A stretch of 49,551 nt of DNA, taken from contig JAXLNO010000637.1 in assembly GCA_038087875.1 (NCBI GenBank), positions 1-49,551 on the forward strand, written 5' to 3'. The translations under genes were made by a program, and so were the position numbers. The notes below the pieces were generated by a model. The model saw only the letters and a list, made by a program, of their open reading frames with translations, made no database searches and had not been told where the DNA came from. This document shows, in pieces, positions 12,357 to 24,499 of the stretch; position 1 is the stretch's first letter; every line of letters begins with the position of its first letter. This DNA is from Malacoraja senta (taxonomy: Eukaryota).

Positions 12357-13357
12357 ATAGAATCGTAGAGCAGGGAAACGAGTCCTTTGGCCCAACTAAC
12401 CCATTCCAACCAAGATACCCCATCTACACTAATCCCACCTGTCAGTGTTTGGCCCATATTCCTCAAAACCTTTCCGATCCAAGTACCTGTGTACATTCTT
12501 TTAACTGTTTTTATTGTAGTTTTAGCAGTTTAGTTTATTGTCACGTGTACCGAGGTACAGTGAAAAGCTTTTGTTGCTTGCTATCCAGTCAGCAGAAAGA
12601 CAATACATGATTACAATCAATCCATTTACAGATGATACTCATTACACGATAAGGGACATGATAACGTACCTGCCTTAACTAGTTCCTCTAGCAGCTCATT
12701 CCATATACCCACCACCTACTGTGTGAAAAAACTGCCACTCAGGTTCCTATTAAATCTTCCCCGTCTCACCTTAAACCTATGTCCTCAGGTTCTTGAGTTT
12801 CATATTCTGGGTAAAGGACTCTGTGCATTCACTGTATCTGTTCCCCTCATGAACTTAAACAACTCTATACAGGCCTGTACGAAGGTTTTCAAAAAGGGGG
12901 TGGCATGACAGGATTACAAAAAATGTAATGTGAAATAATGTGCGCGCTTCGCACATCACGAGCGCGAAGCGTGAAGTCCCTCGATGCCGGGGTCCAGGGC
13001 CCGCTTAAGGGCCCTGGAAGCTCACGGGTTTTAGATGTCTCTGATGCATTCTGAGCCTTATTTTGGAGCATTTTTGCACCAAATTTATGACCAATATTTC
13101 AGAAATGAACAGGAATCTGAGAGGTAGCTTTTTCACACAAAGGATGGTGGGTGTATGGAACGAGCTGCCAGAGGAGGTAGTTAAAGCTAGGACTATCCTA
13201 ATGTTTAAGAGACATTTGGACACGTACATGGATAGGACAGGTTTAGATGGATATGGGCCAAACGCGTGTGAGTGGGACTAGTTTACATGGGACATGTTGG
13301 TTGATGTGAGCAAGTTGGGCTGAAGGGCCTGTTTCCACACGGCATCATTCTATGACT
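12357..13357. mobile_element. Cluster of CR1/L2-type 3' fragments (minus ~12357-12870, plus ~13107-13357) with nested small inserts
   Basis: FFTQRMVGVWNELPEEVV motif on the + strand and its reverse complement around 12680-12760; inserts at about 12520-12665 and 12870-13105. Confidence 0.6.
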
Positions 13358-13529
13358 ACAAAAGTTAAGAAGAGAAATGCATGTAGATAAGTAGAGCAGA
13401 TTTGAAAGAGGAGTGAAATGTAAAGGCAGAGAGAGGTTTATGGGTGGAAAGGAACATAGGAAAGGAGGGGGGAGGGTGGGCTTGGGCAGATGGGTGAAAG
13501 GAAAATAGACACAAAGTGCTGGAGTACCT

Positions 13530-13851
13530 ATCCATGATGATACAGAAGTGAGTGGTTTTGCAGATAGTGAAGATGGTTGTGAAAGATTGTAGCAGGATCT
13601 GGATCAATTAGCCAGGTGGGCAGAGGAATGGTTGATGGTTGCATGGTTCCTTGAAGGTCGAGTCGCAGGTATATCAGGTGGTCAAAATGTATTTTGGCAC
13701 TTTGGCCTTCATCAGTCAGAGTATTGAGTATAGAAGTTGGGAGGTCATGTTGCAGTTGTATAAGACGTTGGTGAGACCGCATTTAGAATATTGTGTTCAG
13801 TTCTGGGCACCATGTTATAGGAAAGATGTCAAACTGAAATGAGTACAGAGA
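13530..13851 (+). mobile_element. CR1-like RT fragment
   Basis: [19 protein letters not shown] motif in ORF 13639-13842. Confidence 0.8.
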
Positions 13852-14600
13852 TCCCCATCCTGGATCAGTCCAATCAGGTTTGTGTCATCCACAAACTTGA
13901 GAAGCTTGACAGAGGTTCTGTGGAGGTGCAGTCATTGGTGTAGCGAGAGTAGAGGAGAGGGGAGAGTACGCATCTTGCGGTGCTCCTATGCTGAGCGTTT
14001 GCGGGTCCGAGATATGGTTTCCCACCTCCATGCTGCTTCCTGTCTGTCAGAAAGCTGGTGATCCACCGACAGAGGGGTTCAGGCACAGTCAACTCAGAAC
14101 GTTTGGAGTGTAGTAGCTCTGGCACAATGGTGTTGAATGCAGTTTTAAAATCAACAAACAAAATCCTTGCATAGGTCGCCTGGTGGTCTAGATGCTGGAG
14201 GATGAAGTGCAGGCCCAGATTGGCTGCGTCATCCACAGATCTATTGGCCCAATATGCAAAATGCAGAGGGTCCAGCAGGGAGATTGTGATATTTTTCAGC
14301 TTGGCTAGCACAAGGGTCTTCATGACTACAGAGGTCAGTGCGACAGGCCTGTAGTCATTAAGACCAGTAATCCTTGCCTATTTGGGTACAGGGACAATAG
14401 TGGAGAATTTGAAGCAGGCAGGGACAGTATATGTTTGCAGGGACTGGTTAAAAATGAGTAATTGGGTGTGAAGTGGTGATTGGAGTGGGGTGGGTATAGA
14501 AGGGCCCAGTCTTTGCAGACTGAGGTCAGGCTGTGAGTGCGTGTGAAATGTTGGTTGGGGTGGGAAAGGGTCCACTCTTTTCATACTGGAGTCTTGCCTT
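13852..14600 (-). mobile_element. Rex1/Babar LINE RT fragment (3' piece, interrupted by CR1)
   Basis: LDPLHFAY..NRSVDDA, YARILFVDFKTAFNTIVP, LCRWITSFLTDRKQ and VPACFKFSTIVPVPK motifs, frameshifted. Confidence 0.85.
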
Positions 14601-16527
14601 AAGTAAAATAGAAACATAGAAAATAGGTGCAGGAGTAGGCCATTCAGCCCTTCGAGCATGCACCGCCATTCAATATGATCGTGGCTGATCATCCAACTCA
14701 GTATCCTGTACCTGCCTTCTCTCCATACCCCCTGATCCCTTTAGCCACAAGGGCCACATCTAACTCCCTCTTAAATATAGCCAATGAACTGGCCTCAACT
14801 ACCTTCTGTGGCAGAGAATTCCAGAGATTCACCACTCTCTGTGTGAAAAATGTTTTCCTCATCTCGGTCCTAAAAGATTTCCCCTTTATCCTTGTTCTGG
14901 ACTTCCCCAAAATCAAGAACAATCTTCCTGCATCTAGCCTGTCCAACCCCTTAAGAATTTTGTAAGTTTCTATAAGATCCCCCCTCAATCTTCTAAATTC
15001 TAGCGAGTACAAACCGAGTCTATCCAGTCTTTCTTCATTTGAAAGTCCTGACATCCCAGGAATCAGTCTGGTGAACCTTCTCTGTACTCCCTCTATGGCA
15101 AGAATGTCTTTCCTCAGATTAGGAGACCAAAATTGTACGCAATACTCCAGGTGTGGTCTCACCAAGACCCTGCACAACTGCAGTAGAACCTCCCTGCTCC
15201 TTTACTCAAATCCTTTTGATATGAATGCTAACATACCATTTGCCTTCTTCACTGCCTGCTGAACCTGCATGCCTACTTTTAATGACTGGTGTACCATGAC
15301 ACCCAGGTCTCGTTGCATCTCCCCTTTTCCTAATCGGCCACCATTCAGATAATAGTCTACTTTCCTGTTTTTGCCACCAAAGTGGATAACCTCACATTTA
15401 CCCACATTATACTGCATCTGCCATGCATTTGCCCACTCACACAGCCTATCCAAGTCACCTTGCAGCCTCCGAGCATCCTCCTCACAGCTAACACTGCCCC
15501 CCAGCTTCGTGTCATCCGCAAACTTGGAGATGTTGCATTCAATTCCCTCGTCCAAATCATTAATATATATCGTAAATAGCTGTGGTCCCAGCACTGAGCC
15601 TTGCGGTACCCCACTAGTCACTGCCTGCCATTGTGAAAAGGACCCGTTTACTCCTACTCTTTGCTTCCTGTCTGCCAGCCAGTTCTCTATCCACATCAAT
15701 ACTGAACCCCCAATACCGTGTGCTTTACGTTTGTATACTAATCTCTTATGTGGGACCTTGTCGAAAGCCTTCTGAAAGTCCAGATATAACACATCCACCG
15801 GTTCTCCCTTATCCACTCTACTAGTTACATCCTCGAAAAATTCTATAAGATTCGTCAGATGATTTACCTTTCATAAATCCAATGATTTCACCACTTTCCA
15901 AATGTGCTGCTATCCCATCTTTAATAACTGATTCTAGCAGTTTCCCCACTACCGACGTTAGACTAATTGGTCTGTAATTCCCCATTTTCTCTCTCGCTCC
16001 CTTTTTAAAAAGTGGGGTTACATTAGCTACCCTCCAATCCTCAGGAACTACTCCAGAATCTAAAGAGTTTTGAAAAATTATCACTAATGCATCTACTATT
16101 TCTGGGTCTACTTCCTTAAATACTCTGGGATGCAGCCTATCTGGCCCTGGGGATTTATCGGCCTTTAATCCATTCAATTTACCTAACACCACCTCCGGGC
16201 TAACCTGGATTTCACTCAGTTCCTCCATCTCATTTGACCCCCGGTCCCCTGCTATTTCCGGCAGATTATTTATATCTTCCTTAGTGAAGACAGAACCAAA
16301 GTAGTTATTCAATTGGTCTGCCATGTCCTTGTTCCCCATGATCAATTCACCCGTTTCTGACTGCAAGGGACCTACATTTGTTTTAACTAATCTTTTTCTC
16401 TTTACATATCTATAAAAGCTTTTGCAGTCAGTTTTTATATTCCCTGCCAGTTTTCTTTCATAATCTATTTTCCCTTTCCTAATTAAGCCCTTTGTCCTCC
16501 TCTGCTGGACTCTGAATTTCTCCCAGT

Positions 16528-16817
16528 CCTCTGGTAGGCTGTCTTTTCTGGCTAATTAGTACGCTTCATCTTTTGTTTCCCTTGTTATCCATGGATGCAC
16601 TACCTCCCCTGATTTATTTTTTTGCCAAACTGGGATGAACAATTGTTGTAGTTCATCCATGCAGTCTTTAAATGCCTTCCATTGCATATCTACCGTCAAC
16701 CCATTAAGAATCAATTGCCAGTCTATCTTGGCCATATTCACTTCTCATACCCTCAAAGTTATCTTTCTTTAAGTTCACGACCCTTGTTTCTGAATTAACA
16801 ATGTCACTCTCTATCCT
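16528..16817. repeat. 290-bp direct repeat, left copy (flanks the poly(A) end of L1 copy A)
   Basis: Matches 23102-23391; I see one mismatch (16614 T vs 23188 A). Confidence 0.95.
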
Positions 16818-17256
16818 TTTTTTTTTTTTTTATTTTTTTTTATTTTTTTATTTTTTTTTTATTTTTATTTATTAGAAGTACATTACATTACAACCACATA
16901 CATTAATACTCGTCATTTATATCATCTTACAATTAATGTACTCCCTTTATTTATTTTTTTACACTAGAGAAAGAAAAGATTGAAAGAGAGAAGAAAGTGA
17001 AGGAAAAAGTGCAAGTGTAGAAAAGTGTAGAAAATGTAACAACAAAAAAGGACGAAGACCCTATAAGAGCGAAATTAAAAACAAAAAGAAAAAGAGTTAA
17101 GAAATAGGCCCTAAGAAAAGAAAAGAGAAAGAGAAAAAAAAGAGAAACAAATGTTTTTTTTTGAGCATCACGTAAATAGGACATACCAACTCTTCAACTA
17201 TCATCCCCCCTTACCCGACCTCAATTTTTAATTTTTTTTTAAAGTACTTTTGCACC

Positions 17257-20200
17257 CTATGTTTGTAATAATTCTATAAATGCAGACCACGTCAGGTGGA
17301 AGTGATCTGGTTTACCTGCTAGGAGGAGTCTTATCTCTTCAAGGTGTAATGTTTCAAACATATTTGAAATCCACATATTTATAGTTGGTATTGGAGCCTT
17401 CTTCCAAAATTTTAGAATTAGCTTTTTTCCAGTTGTTAACCCATAATCCATTAATTTCTTTTGAAACACATTTAATTCTGGATCATCTTCCGTTATTCCG
17501 AAGATAATCCATTCTGCTTTGGGTATCAGTCTTGTTTTAAATAACTTTGTAAAGATTTCAAAAATTTCATTCCAAAATTTTTGAATTTTTGTACAGAAGA
17601 CAAATGAGTGCGCTATAGTTGCTTCTTGGGATTGACATTTATCACAAATAGATGATACGTTTGGGAAAATTTTATGAATTTTAGTTTTCGAATAATATAA
17701 TCTATGTAAAATTTTAAATTGTATTAAAGTGTGTCTTACATTAATCGAGCATTTATGCACTTTTAATAAGTATTCATTCCAACTTTCCTTTGAAATTTTA
17801 ATAGCTAACTCTTGTTCCCAGTCTCTTCTGATACCCTCCGTAGATGGTATTTGTGCATTTAAGATAATATTGTACAAATATGATATTAAGTTTGCTGATT
17901 CCGCTTTTATCTGCATTGCCTCGTCCAGTACATCTGCTGGGTTATTATGATGATCTTTTATATATTTTTTCAAATAGTCGCATATTTGAAAGTATTTAAA
18001 ATATTGATTATTTCCGAGTTTATATTTTATTTGTAATTGTTGAAATGAAAGTAATTTTCCAGTTTCATACAAGTCACCAAGCGTTTTAATTCCTAGTCTA
18101 TCCCATTGTGTATAAGCTTTATCTATAATAGAAGGACTAAACGAAGGGTTATTGACTATAGGTAATAAAAGTGATAAGTTTCTTAATTTTAAATTTTGTT
18201 TTATTTGTTTCCAAATACGGATTGTACTATGAATAATTGGGTTCTTATTATAGTTTATGTTATTCAATTTCATTGGAGAGAGGAGGATCGCTCCAATGTT
18301 TCTAGAGGAGCAATCCTCTTTCTCCATTACAATCCAGTCTACTTGCTGGGCGGAGTTATCCATCAGTTGAATCATGTTTTTAATATTTACTGACCAATAA
18401 TAATACATAAAATTAGGTAGTGCTAGACCCCCCAATACTTTAGATTTATTCAGATGGGTTTTTTGTATTCTATGTGATTTATAGTCCCATATAAAATTAG
18501 TGATATCTGAGTCGAGTTTTTTAAAAAACTTCTTAGGTAAGTATATAGGAATTGATTGAAATAGGTATAAAATTTGTGGTAAAAAGATCATTTTTATTGC
18601 GTTTATTCGGCCTATTAAAGACATCGGAAGCGTTTTCCAGAATTTAATTAATGTATTCAGTTTATTAAGTAGGGGGTCAAAATTTGCCCTGAGCATACCT
18701 TGATATGCTCTGGTAATTTCGATTCCCAAATATTTAAATTTTTCTGTAGCTATTTTAAAAGGGAATTTTAAAAGATGTGTTGAATCTTTCGGTTTTATTG
18801 ACATAATTTCACTTTTATTCCAATTTATTCTATATCCAGAAAAAGATCCGAAGTCTTCAATTAAATTTAATATATTTGGTATAGTGATTTGAGGTTTTGT
18901 AATATACAATAATATATCATCCGCGTATAAAGATATTTTATTATATGAGTCTTTAGTATTATATCCATGAATATCAGGGTGTATTCTAATTTTTTCTGCT
19001 AGCGGTTCAATAATGAGAGCAAACAGCTGTGGTGATAATGAGCATCCTTGTCTATTTCCCCTTGATAGTTGAAATTTCGAGGATAATATGTTATTAGTAA
19101 GTATTCTAGCTGTAGGTTTGTTATATAGTAACTTAATCCATAAAATAAAATTCTCTCCCAGTTGAAATTTTTGTAATACTTTATCCATATAATTCCATTC
19201 TACTTGATCAAATGCTCTTTCAGCATCCAGCGAAATAATTGATAATTCTTGATCTTCAGATTTGTGTGAGTGCATTATGTTGAGTAGACGTCTCATATTA
19301 TTAGAGGAGTATCTCTTAGGGATAAACCCTGTCTGATCTGGGTTTATTAATTTACTAATGTATTTACTTAATCTTCTGGCTAATGTTTTCGCTAATATTT
19401 TTTGATCTGTGTTTAACAATGCTATAGCTCTATATGAGCCAGGTTCTTCTAAATCCTTATTTTTCTTAGGTATTAATGTAATCGTTGATTCCGCTAATGT
19501 ATCAGGTAGTATTCGTTTTTTAAAAGCGTATTGGTACATTTTTTGTAATCTTGGTATTATTTTATCATAAAAGCTTTTATAAAATTCATTAGTAAATCCA
19601 TCAGGGCCTGGTGTTTTTCCATTTTTTAGTGAGTTTATTGTATCTTCTAATTCCTTAATTGAGATTTGTGCACCCAGTTCCTCTTGTTCCTTCAGCTCTA
19701 ACTTTGGAAGATTACAGGTATCCAAGAACTTTGTGATATTATTGGAATCAATTATCGTTTTAGATGTATACAAATTCTCGTAAAATTGCGCAAATCTTTT
19801 ATTAATATCCTTCGGTGTTGTTAATAATTCCCCTTTATCTGATTTGATCTTTGGTATAGTATGTTCCTTTTCTCGTTTTTTTAGCTGGCGAGCCAAAAGT
19901 TTATGCGGTTTATCCCCAAATTCAAAGTGCTCTTGTTTTGTAATTTGAAAAAGTCTTATAAGTTTGGCAGATAATAATTTATTTAATTTAAATTTTAAAA
20001 TTATTATTTTATTATGTTTATCTATTGATGGATCTTTAGCATTATCTATATCCATTTGTCTAATAAGTTCTTCTAACTGTCTTTGTTCATTCTTATTCTT
20101 TTTATTTTGAAAAGCTTGATATGAAATTATAATACCCCTAATGTATGCTTTAAAAGATTCCCAAAGTAAAGTAGGCGATATATCTGAAGTATCATTTGTT

Positions 20201-21048
20201 TGAAAAAAGACCTCCATTTGTTCTTTTAAATATATACTCGCTTGTGGATCTTTTAAAATTTGAGAGTTAAATCTCCAGAATGAATTATTCTTAGACAATC
20301 CTTCCAGTTTTAAAAAGAAAGTTAGTGGAGAATGGTCTGAAATTGAATTTGTATGATATATTGCATTAGATGTTTGGGGAATTAATTTTGTATCCAGCAG
20401 AAAGTAGTCTATACGTGAGTATGTCTTATGTACCATTGAGTAAAACGAATATTCCCTGCCAGTTGGATTCACAATTCTCCAAACATCTGCTATATTAGTG
20501 TTATTTATGTAGGTATTGAGGAGTTCCCCAGTTTTCGATTTCATATTCCCTCTCTGTTTTTGACTTGATTTATCTAAGTACGGATCTAAAACACAGTTAA
20601 AGTCTCCGCCTATTATAACATTTTGATAGTTTGACTCTGCAATTATATTGAAGATTTTATTGAAAAAGTGGGGGTTATCAAAGTTAGGGGCATATATATT
20701 TACCAAAGTAAGTGGAGTGTCATGGATTTCTCCATTAACTATTAGGTATCTCCCTTCTATATCTGTTATAATATTCTTTGCTTTAAATGGTATACCTTTT
20801 CTTATGATAATTGACGTGCCTCTAGATTTTGAAGTGAATGAAGAGTGGTATGTTTGACCTATCCATTTCGCCCTCAGCCTAACTTGGTCCTGAGGTTTTA
20901 GGTGTGTTTCTTGTAGGAAGGTAATGTCAGAATTATACATTTTTAGCTGAGCTAATATCTTACCCCTTTTGATAGGTTCGTTAATACCTCTTATATTCCA
21001 ACTACAAAATGAGATTCCTCCTAGGTTCTTTTGTGTGGTGTCATGCAT
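17257..21048 (-). CDS. L1 ORF2p (APE endonuclease, RT, C-terminal CCHC), 1263 aa from MHDTT
   Basis: SWNIRG, LQETH, GGDFN, SRIDY, SDH; PGPDG, LDAERAFD, RQGCSLSP, YADD, YLG; CDKC...HSFVFC. The ATG was chosen because copy B has an in-frame stop upstream of it. Confidence 0.95.
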   Translation of the reverse strand: MHDTTQKNLGGISFCSWNIRGINEPIKRGKILAQLKMYNSDITFLQETHLKPQDQVRLRAKWIGQTYHSSFTSKSRGTSIIIRKGIPFKAKNIITDIEGRYLIVNGEIHDTPLTLVNIYAPNFDNPHFFNKIFNIIAESNYQNVIIGGDFNCVLDPYLDKSSQKQRGNMKSKTGELLNTYINNTNIADVWRIVNPTGREYSFYSMVHKTYSRIDYFLLDTKLIPQTSNAIYHTNSISDHSPLTFFLKLEGLSKNNSFWRFNSQILKDPQASIYLKEQMEVFFQTNDTSDISPTLLWESFKAYIRGIIISYQAFQNKKNKNEQRQLEELIRQMDIDNAKDPSIDKHNKIIILKFKLNKLLSAKLIRLFQITKQEHFEFGDKPHKLLARQLKKREKEHTIPKIKSDKGELLTTPKDINKRFAQFYENLYTSKTIIDSNNITKFLDTCNLPKLELKEQEELGAQISIKELEDTINSLKNGKTPGPDGFTNEFYKSFYDKIIPRLQKMYQYAFKKRILPDTLAESTITLIPKKNKDLEEPGSYRAIALLNTDQKILAKTLARRLSKYISKLINPDQTGFIPKRYSSNNMRRLLNIMHSHKSEDQELSIISLDAERAFDQVEWNYMDKVLQKFQLGENFILWIKLLYNKPTARILTNNILSSKFQLSRGNRQGCSLSPQLFALIIEPLAEKIRIHPDIHGYNTKDSYNKISLYADDILLYITKPQITIPNILNLIEDFGSFSGYRINWNKSEIMSIKPKDSTHLLKFPFKIATEKFKYLGIEITRAYQGMLRANFDPLLNKLNTLIKFWKTLPMSLIGRINAIKMIFLPQILYLFQSIPIYLPKKFFKKLDSDITNFIWDYKSHRIQKTHLNKSKVLGGLALPNFMYYYWSVNIKNMIQLMDNSAQQVDWIVMEKEDCSSRNIGAILLSPMKLNNINYNKNPIIHSTIRIWKQIKQNLKLRNLSLLLPIVNNPSFSPSIIDKAYTQWDRLGIKTLGDLYETGKLLSFQQLQIKYKLGNNQYFKYFQICDYLKKYIKDHHNNPADVLDEAMQIKAESANLISYLYNIILNAQIPSTEGIRRDWEQELAIKISKESWNEYLLKVHKCSINVRHTLIQFKILHRLYYSKTKIHKIFPNVSSICDKCQSQEATIAHSFVFCTKIQKFWNEIFEIFTKLFKTRLIPKAEWIIFGITEDDPELNVFQKKLMDYGLTTGKKLILKFWKKAPIPTINMWISNMFETLHLEEIRLLLAGKPDHFHLTWSAFIELLQT

Positions 21049-21850
21049 TTTGAATAATAGTACCTTTGAATCTTGTGGTGCGTCCATATCCCAGGTCTTT
21101 AGGTATTGGGGGAGTTTTTGAATTATTAACTTTTGTTGGTATGTCCATATTATTCTTATCACTAAACACAAAACACAAACAAGTGATTTTATGTGATAAA
21201 AAAAAAACTAAAAAAGTGAGGCTACAGTGTCTATAGTCGGCACTGTAGCGAGTGACCCACCTGTAGGTGGGAAAAAACCTTATTTTGACTTCCATTGCGA
21301 TGTTGCTCAACTCGCTCCGCTCTCTTAGTTAATCATAACATATTAAAATATTAAAACGAGGCCTCACATTCAGATATATAATACAATTTTACCCTGATAT
21401 TTCCTTATAACATATATATATATCAGAGTTTAATTATTAAACCAATATTTTTGATTTCAATAAGAGTCAGCTGTTGGTTGAAGGGGTTAACGAGACGTGC
21501 TCCTGGACATAAGCCAGGAGCTCGTTTCTCATCCCCTCCTCCCGCTTATAGACAAGGTTACAATTTATTAAAAATTCATATTAGTATGTTAGTTCATTAT
21601 TTTTTTGTTTTTTTTGTTAGTATTCTAATCTAACCTGCATAACTTTTAAAGTTGTTAATAGGATAAGTTCTTACAATTGGTTATAACATTTTAATCAATA
21701 AGCAATTATTTTCTAATTCATATCCAGCTATAAAGTTGATTACACGTTTTGAACAGAAAATGTCCTTGCTTCAACATTCCAGAGATAACAATGTAACTAT
21801 CCCCAGACAAAACATAGCTGAGAATTATTCGGATCTGCCAAAGCTCCCTT

Positions 21851-22912
21851 TTATTTCTGTTTTTCAACAATTGTTTGGGCATATTTGAAAGCGTCTTCAG
21901 GCTTAACAAATGACTTTTCAAGACCATTAAAAGAAATACGCATTTTCGCGGGATAAAAAACCCCAAATCTGACCCCTTCTCTCCCTCTTAAAAGATCTTT
22001 AACCTTATCAAATTTATTTCTTTTTTGCACAATTTCATGTGGGTAGTCCCTGAATATCTTAATAGTGTCTTTGTCCAGCCGTAATTGTACACCATATTTG
22101 ATTTTAGTCATAACGTATTCCAGTTCTGCAGTATCTCGAAATTTCACTATAATATGTCGTGGATAAGCTTTTGCCGCATCAAATCTTTTTCCAAATCTTG
22201 GGACACGATGAGCCACTTCGATTTTCGGTTCCTTGGGAAGATTCAACAGTTGTTTCAACAAGCCCATGGCAAATTCACGTACCTGTACCCCTTCTGCCCC
22301 CTCTGAAACACCAAGAATTCTCAAATTCTGGCGTCTAGAACGAGCTTCCAGGTCCAGGCATTTGAATGAGACTTTCTCTAATTGAGTCCCCATTTGTAGT
22401 GATGCTTGTTCGTTTTCTCGCCTCATTTGCTCATGTTCTTGCCTCAATTTCGCCATGTCTTCAACCAGTCGAGCCGTATTTTTCTCCATTTCCGTAATTG
22501 TCTGCATACTTGCAGCTACTGTTTCAAGTACAGCCGTGAACTTATCCGTAGTAATTACATCCATCTTATCCATTTTCTCTGATAGTCCATCTTTCACCTC
22601 ATCAATTCGTTTATTCATAATGTCCAGTAAATCCGTCATATTCTTCTGGTTACCAGCATTTAAATCCTTCATCATCTTCTCCATTCCTTCCATCATTTTT
22701 ACCGAATTTTCCTTCATTTCCTTCTTATCTTCCACCCTATTATCCGAGATCTCATCTTTCAAATTTTTCATTGATTTCTTCAAATCATCAAAGTCTTTCT
22801 TAGACATTTCTGCAGCCACTTCAGAGACTTCAGAGGTAACTTCTGTTTCGAACTTTTTCGACAGCTTATTCACAGCTCTCTGAGGGCTCACAGCTGGAGT
22901 CAAAATACTCAT
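21851..22912 (-). CDS. L1 ORF1p (coiled coil, RRM, CTD), 353 aa
   Basis: LEARSRRQNLRILGVSEG, AHRV, PRHIIVKF, IFRDY and YPAKMRI motifs. Confidence 0.95.
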   Translation of the reverse strand: MSILTPAVSPQRAVNKLSKKFETEVTSEVSEVAAEMSKKDFDDLKKSMKNLKDEISDNRVEDKKEMKENSVKMMEGMEKMMKDLNAGNQKNMTDLLDIMNKRIDEVKDGLSEKMDKMDVITTDKFTAVLETVAASMQTITEMEKNTARLVEDMAKLRQEHEQMRRENEQASLQMGTQLEKVSFKCLDLEARSRRQNLRILGVSEGAEGVQVREFAMGLLKQLLNLPKEPKIEVAHRVPRFGKRFDAAKAYPRHIIVKFRDTAELEYVMTKIKYGVQLRLDKDTIKIFRDYPHEIVQKRNKFDKVKDLLRGREGVRFGVFYPAKMRISFNGLEKSFVKPEDAFKYAQTIVEKQK

Positions 22913-23101
22913 TGAAAGGGCTTCAAACCACCGTTTAAAACATCGCGTTTAACGATGACGTCATCAGCGCGGTAACCAGAAGCTCCGGTAAGGTTTTTAA
23001 AAACAATCCCGATTTTTGGACCCGTTTTACACGATAAATCGTGAAGTTTTTCGGGAGAGGAGCTGGGTGCACGTCTGTTAGTCTAACATGACGCCACCGG
23101 A

Positions 23102-23391
23102 CCTCTGGTAGGCTGTCTTTTCTGGCTAATTAGTACGCTTCATCTTTTGTTTCCCTTGTTATCCATGGATGCACTACCTCCCCTGATATATTTTTTTGCC
23201 AAACTGGGATGAACAATTGTTGTAGTTCATCCATGCAGTCTTTAAATGCCTTCCATTGCATATCTACCGTCAACCCATTAAGAATCAATTGCCAGTCTAT
23301 CTTGGCCATATTCACTTCTCATACCCTCAAAGTTATCTTTCTTTAAGTTCACGACCCTTGTTTCTGAATTAACAATGTCACTCTCTATCCT
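23102..23391. repeat. 290-bp direct repeat, right copy (flanks the 5' end of L1 copy A)
   Basis: Matches 16528-16817. Confidence 0.95.
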
Positions 23392-24276
23392 AATGAAGAA
23401 CTCAACCATATTATGGTCACTCTTGCCCAAGGGGCCACGCACAACAAAACTGCTAAATAACCCTTCCTCATTACTCAATACCCAATCTAGAATAGCCTGC
23501 TCTCTCGTTGGTTCCTCTACATGTTGGTTTAGAAAACTATCCCGCATACATTCCAAGAAATCCTCTTCCTCAGCACCCTTGCCAATTTGATTCACCCAAT
23601 CTATATGTAGATTGAAGTCACCCATTATAACTGTTTTACCTTTGTTGCACGCATTTCTAATTTCCTGTATGATGCCATCCCCAACTCCACTACTACTGTT
23701 AGGTGGCCTGTACACAACTCCCACTAGCGTTTTCTGCCCCTTAGTGTTTCGCAGCTCTACCCATATCGATTCCACATCCTCCAAGCTAATGTCCTTCCTT
23801 TCTATTGCGTTAATCTCCTCTCTAACCAGCAACGCTACCCCACCTCCTTTCCCTTTCTGTCTATCCATCCTGAATATTGAATATCCCTGGATGTTCAGCT
23901 CCCAGCCTTGGTTACCCTGGAGCCATGTCTCCGTGATCCCAACTATATCATAGTCATTAATAGCTATCTGCACATTCAACTCATCCACCTTATTACGAAT
24001 GCTCCTTGCACTGAGACACAAAGCCTTCAGGCTTGTTTTTACAACACTCTTACCCCTTATACAATTATGTTGAAAAGTGGCCCTTTTTGATTTTTGCGCT
24101 GGTTTTGTCAGCCTGCCACTTTTACTTTTCACCTAGCTACCTATTGCTTCTACCCTCATTTTATACCCCTCTGTCTCTACGCTCACACATTTAAGAAACC
24201 CTTTCCCTTTAACTCCATCCTCAACTATCCCATTTGACACCCCACCTCCCTTATTACACCCCACCCCCCTTATTAG

Positions 24277-24499
24277 GTAGGTGTGAAGTGGTGAATGGGA
24301 AGGAGAGGATGCAGGGTCCATTCTTTGCAGACTGTGGTCTGGCTGTGTTTGTTGGGAGGGGGTTTCAGGGTTATGTTTCTGATTTTCAAACCTGCAGTAA
24401 AACTCATTCAGGTCGTTCGTCAGCTGACGATTGTCCAAAGAGCGGGGGGCTTTCCTCTTATAGCTGGTGATTTCTTGCATGCCCTTCCAAACTGAAGAA
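24277..24499 (-). mobile_element. Rex1/Babar LINE 5' piece
   Basis: SSVWKGMQEITSYK...LTNDLNEFYCRFE; 24281-24345 resembles 14466-14535 of the other piece. Confidence 0.8.

Larger units (their letters stand above)
16818..23101 (-). mobile_element. Full-length fish-type L1, copy A (both ORFs open)
   Basis: CpG-rich 5'UTR, ORF1, ~800-bp spacer, ORF2, T-rich 3'UTR, AATAAA and patterned A-tail. Confidence 0.97.
14606..24274 (-). mobile_element. CR1 LINE (ORF1 end plus degenerate ORF2), split by L1 copy A
   Basis: Tail at 14609-14622; RT pieces 14698-16366; endonuclease 23278-24132 (LSARSIRNK, GITETWL, YRPP, GDFN, SDH); several stops and frameshifts. Confidence 0.92.
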
